A stretch of DNA of 64,000 bases from the human T2T-CHM13v2.0 reference genome, Homo sapiens: NCBI RefSeq assembly GCF_009914755.1, contig NC_060946.1. One strand, 5' to 3'. This document shows, piece after piece, positions 57,290 to 64,000 of the stretch. How positions within the stretch are numbered: position 1 is the stretch's first letter; every line of letters starts with the position of its first letter. The translations under genes were made by a program, and so were the position numbers. The notes under the pieces were generated by a model. That model saw only the letters and a program-made list of their open reading frames with translations. It made no database searches and was not told where the DNA came from.

Positions 57290-57673
57290 TTGTTTTTTTG
57301 TTGTTGTTTTTTGAGACGGAGTCTCGCTCTATTGCCCATGCTGGAGTGCAGTAGCAATCTCGGCTCACTGCAACCTCCGCCTCCCGGGTTCAAGTGATTC
57401 TCCTGCCTTAGCCTCCTGAGCAGCTGGGATTACAGGTATATGCCACCATGCCTGGCTAATTTTTGTATTTTTAGTAGAGATAGGGTTTCACCATGTTGAC
57501 CAGGCTGGTCTCGAACTCCTGACATCAGGTGATCTGCCACCATGCCTGGCTAATTTTTGTATTTTTAGTAGAGATAGGGTTTCACCATGTTGACCAGGCT
57601 GGTCTCGAACTCCTGACCTCAGGTGATCTGCCCACCTCGGCCCTCCAGAGTGCTGGGATTACAGTGCCCGGCC
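57290..57673 (-). mobile_element. Alu with a 94-bp internal tandem duplication
   Basis: 57441-57534 is repeated at 57535-57628 with one mismatch. Confidence 0.92.
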
Positions 57674-57744
57674 CTGTAAGGTTCATCACAGCACGACTTA
57701 CAATAGGAAAGTCATGGAATAAACCCAGTTGCCCATCAGTTGGG

Positions 57745-58695
57745 TACTGGATAAAGCAAAAGTGGTTCTTCTACAGCATCGAGTACTACACAGCCATGAA
57801 AAAGAATAAAATCATGTCCTTTGCAGCCACATGGATGTAGCTGGAGGGTGTTATGCTTAATGAATTAACACGAGAACAGAAAATCAAATACCACATGTTC
57901 TTGACTGGATAAAGCGATTGTGGCCCTTCTACGCCATGGAATACTGCACAGCCATGAAAAAGAATAAAATCATGTCTTTGCAGCCACAGGGATGCAGCTG
58001 AAGGGAATTATGCTTAGTGAATTAACGCCAGGAAAAGAAAATTGAATACCACATGTTCTCTATTAGATAAAGCAAATGTGGTCTTTCTGCATCATGGAAT
58101 ACTACACAGCCATGAAAAAGAATAATATCATGTCCTTTGCAGCCACATGGACACAGCTTAAGGACATTATGCTTAGTGAATTAATGCCAGGAACAGAAAA
58201 TGAAATACTACATGTTCTCAACTGGATAAAGCAAATGTGGCCCTTCTACACCACGGAATACTACACAGTGATGAAAAAAATAAAATCATGTCTTTGCAGC
58301 CACATGGATGCAGCCAGAGGGCATTATGCTTAGTGAATCAATACGAGGAACAGAAAATCAAATACCACATGTTCTCCACTAGATAAAGCAAATGTGGTCC
58401 TTCCGCATCATGGAATACTACACAGCCATGAACAAGAATAAAATCATGCCCTTTGCAGCAACATGGATGAAGCTGAAGGGCATTATGCTTAGTGAATTGA
58501 TGCCAGAAACAGAAAATCAAATACCACATGTTCTCAATTAGATAAAGCAAATGTGTTCCTTCCACATCATGGAATACTACACAGCCATGAACAAGAATAA
58601 AATCATGCCCTTTGCAGTCACATGGATGAAGCTGAAGGGCACTATGCTTAGTGAATTAACGCCAGGAACAGAAAATCAAATACCACATGTTCTCG
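57745..58695 (+). repeat. Tandem array of six ~158-bp units derived from an L1 ORF2 C-terminus
   Basis: ATAAAGC landmark at 57751, 57909, 58067, 58226, 58383, 58542; units encode MEYYTAMKKNKIMSFAATW-like peptides. Confidence 0.95.
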
Positions 58696-58815
58696 CTTAT
58701 AGGTGGGAGCTAAACATTGCCTGCATCTGGACACAATGAAGGGGCACCAGAGACCCTCAGGACTAATAGAGCAGGAAGCAGGGGCGGGGGTACAAGGGTT
58801 GAAAAACTACCCTGA

Positions 58816-59272
<457 letters not shown>

Positions 59273-60038
59273 TAATTACAAGGAATCAAGTTGAATCATT
59301 AGTGCATATATAAATATACATTTTATTTTTAGTACATATTATATACCACAGGAATGTACAATGCTCAGTGCCTGGGTGACGGGATGATTCATACCCCAAA
59401 CCTCAGCATTGTACAATATCCCCAGGTCACAAAGCTGCCCGTGGATCCCCTGAATCTATAATAATAATAATAAATAAAAAGTGACTTTGTCATTCGCAGG
59501 GAAATGCGAATGACATTCACTCTGCCTCTCAGGCCCTTGGATTCCCAAAGTTTGTTTTCATCGCGCCCAGGGGACACTCAGAATCTCGTTTTCAGAACGT
59601 GGGTTGTTTTTCTTAGAAGCGCTTTGCAAAACAAAATAGGAAGCAAAATCTTTCTCACTCCTTCCGCTCCGTAATAGACAAAATAAAATGAGGGGGCAGG
59701 AATCCAGAGACTTTGACCGCAGTTGGCAGATTTATTGTGGTACAGACATGAAGGCAAGCAGTGTTCTCTCTGATTCTACGAACCGTACAGCCCGGGCCGG
59801 CTGCCTTCTGCTTTCTGGATGGTGCAGGCATGAGCTCCAAGCCCAAATTTCACCGGAGCTCCAGGAATCGAGCCTGGCCCAGGCACTCACTGCACGGGGG
59901 CCAAGCGTGAAACCAGTGATCGCTCCAGCAAGGTAACAGGACAGCTTGGTGATCCTTCTTGCCGGCCACAAAAGGTTATAGCCAGAATTCCACCGAATGT
60001 GGTCTTTCTGTGTCTCTCCCCAGATAGCGAAGCTGGAC

Positions 60039-60405
60039 AAACCTGGGGGTGGGGGGTGGGGGTTGCTGACCTCAGTGGGGTGTCCTGGAGAGGCAGGAAC
60101 CAGGGTTTACAGGGTGCAGATCCTACTGAAGCAAATGGATGTGGCATCCGCGGGCAGAGCTGGCTGTGGCGTCCCCCCTTCTGCCTGGAGTGTCACCAAA
60201 TTTCACCGAGAGACCCCTTCTAAACCTGGGGAGTGTGCTGACCAGTGGGGTGTCCTGGAGAGGCAGGAACTAGGGTTTACAGGATGCAGATCCTACTGAA
60301 GCAAATGAACGTGGCATCCTTGGGCAGAGCTGGCTGTGGGTGGCCTTCCAGTCTGGACATCTCCCCCACTGCCTGGGGTGTCACCAAATGCACCCAGAGA
60401 CCTCT
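60039..60405. repeat. Two-copy ~170-180 bp direct repeat
   Basis: CAGTGGGGTGTCCTGGAGAGGCAGGAAC...GCAGATCCTACTGAAGCAAATG...GTGTCACCAAAT at 60073 and 60243. Confidence 0.9.
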
Positions 60406-60504
60406 CGTCCGAAAGCTCATTCATGGGAAGCCTCCAGGTCTCCTCGGCAGGCAGCATCACGTCTGATTTAACTGCGTTATCAGGTAATGCAGGCCTGTTC
60501 TACC

Positions 60505-64000
<3,496 letters not shown>

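Overview
This is primate DNA (human or great ape), not microbial, and it contains no intact protein-coding gene. It reads as a pericentromeric segmental-duplication mosaic. (1) 1-~4.7 kb: L1/Alu/L2 flank. (2) ~4.7-26.7 kb: a duplicated 22q12-type block carrying an unprocessed CHEK2 pseudogene fragment (last three exons, with introns; frameshifted), the intergenic spacer with an extra 3 kb L1PA inserted into an Alu tail, and the TTC28 CpG-island promoter plus an intact but orphaned exon 1. (3) An L1 fragment, a GC-rich REP522-like element and a 5.9 kb CAGGG-type (switch-like) repeat with internal polarity flips. (4) A 3 kb (GAAAT/GAGAT/GAT)n satellite-like array. (5) AT-rich and unique DNA with L1s, a 40-bp VNTR, MER4/MLT2/HERV-L remnants, nested retroelements and an L1-derived 158-bp tandem array. 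(6) A (GCCA/GCCAA)n array running off the end. This layout matches what I recall of the CHEK2-pseudogene duplicons at human pericentromeres, but the exact paralogue cannot be determined without alignment. I found no convincing new gene system. The most notable signals are pseudogene bases that mimic CHEK2 missense variants, the orphan TTC28 promoter facing the repeat arrays, and the internal architecture of those arrays. Repeat-family names and reference-gene comparisons come from recall, not from database searches. Repeat boundaries are approximate.
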